The notes under the pieces are model-generated. The model saw only the letters and a list, made by a program, of their open reading frames with translations, ran no database searches and was not told where the DNA came from. A DNA stretch of 64,000 nt, taken from assembly GCA_025603075.1 (NCBI GenBank), contig MU626292.1:62001-126000 (forward strand), written 5' to 3'. The position numbers and the translations under genes were made by a program. Positions within the stretch are counted from its first letter, which is position 1, and the number at the start of each line of letters is the position of its first letter. Origin of the DNA: Neoconidiobolus thromboides FSU 785. Its lineage: Eukaryota > Fungi > Entomophthoromycota. Of the stretch, positions 63,489-64,000 are shown piece after piece.

Positions 63489-64000
63489 CTAAAGTTCATC
63501 GTATTTATTTTCAGGGGTAGGAGAGTATGCAGAAACGATGAAGAAAAGTACACCAAGCAATAACAAGATAATAAAGAAAAGATTAAAAATAAACTTTTTA
63601 TCATCTAAAACAAAAAAATGAAAAAAAATTAAATAACCTCTTAAACATTGCTTACTATTTTCAAATTTCTCTGGCAATGTGAATATTCTACAAGTACCAT
63701 CTGCTGAACCACTAATTAAATATTTTCCATCTTTACTAAAGCTCAATGTAGTAATAGCAAATGTATGTGCTTCTTTATAAGTTTCCAATACCTATTCAAG
63801 TATATAAATATGTAGACATAAAAAAGCAACTAAATTTACCCTTAAAGCATTACTATCACAAATACGAATGGATTGATCTGCACAAGCCACAGCCAAAAAT
63901 TTACCATCATAACTGAAAACATTAAATAAACAAAAAACCAAATCAATATTAAATTACCTAATAGCGAATGAACAAATAGGAGAAAAACCTAATGGACGAA
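63489..64000 (-). CDS. SEC12: Sec12/PREB WD40 GEF, 3' portion (runs off the window)
   Basis: FSYDGKFLAVACAD, HTFAITTLSFSKDGKYLISGSADGTCRI, C-terminal TM helix and short luminal tail ending YDEL. Confidence 0.75.

Overview
AT-rich eukaryotic DNA with short (~45-60 nt) GT-AG introns and the standard code. It looks fungal; an early-diverging lineage such as Entomophthorales is my inference, not verified. Gene-dense blocks hold about 17 recognisable conserved genes: RPL18, MRPS17, a RING-SNF2 helicase, WDR70, PHB2, MIS18, ATM1, TANGO2, SUI2, TAF6, ClpX, DFG10, a Nup159-like gene, MAS1, YDJ1, ATP2 and partial SEC12. There are also several intronless unknown ORFs. These blocks alternate with AT-rich accessory islands (about 7.3-9, 23.3-29.5, 38-41.4, 51-59.7 and 61.4-63.4 kb). 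The main non-genic signal is 21 copies of a ~100-bp MITE-like element with TGGGGATGT...ACATCCCCA termini. In 15 of 19 complete copies it is flanked by a 2-bp direct repeat of variable sequence (TA, AA, TT, GA). The islands also hold an intronless F-box/LRR-like gene with two pseudogenised paralogs: each has a MITE just past its stop and one is interrupted by a MITE. A ~430-bp solo-LTR-like repeat occurs twice, and there are single fold-back elements. No tRNA, rRNA, CRISPR array or transposase ORF was recognised. All alignments were done by eye; exon boundaries other than those quoted are approximate.
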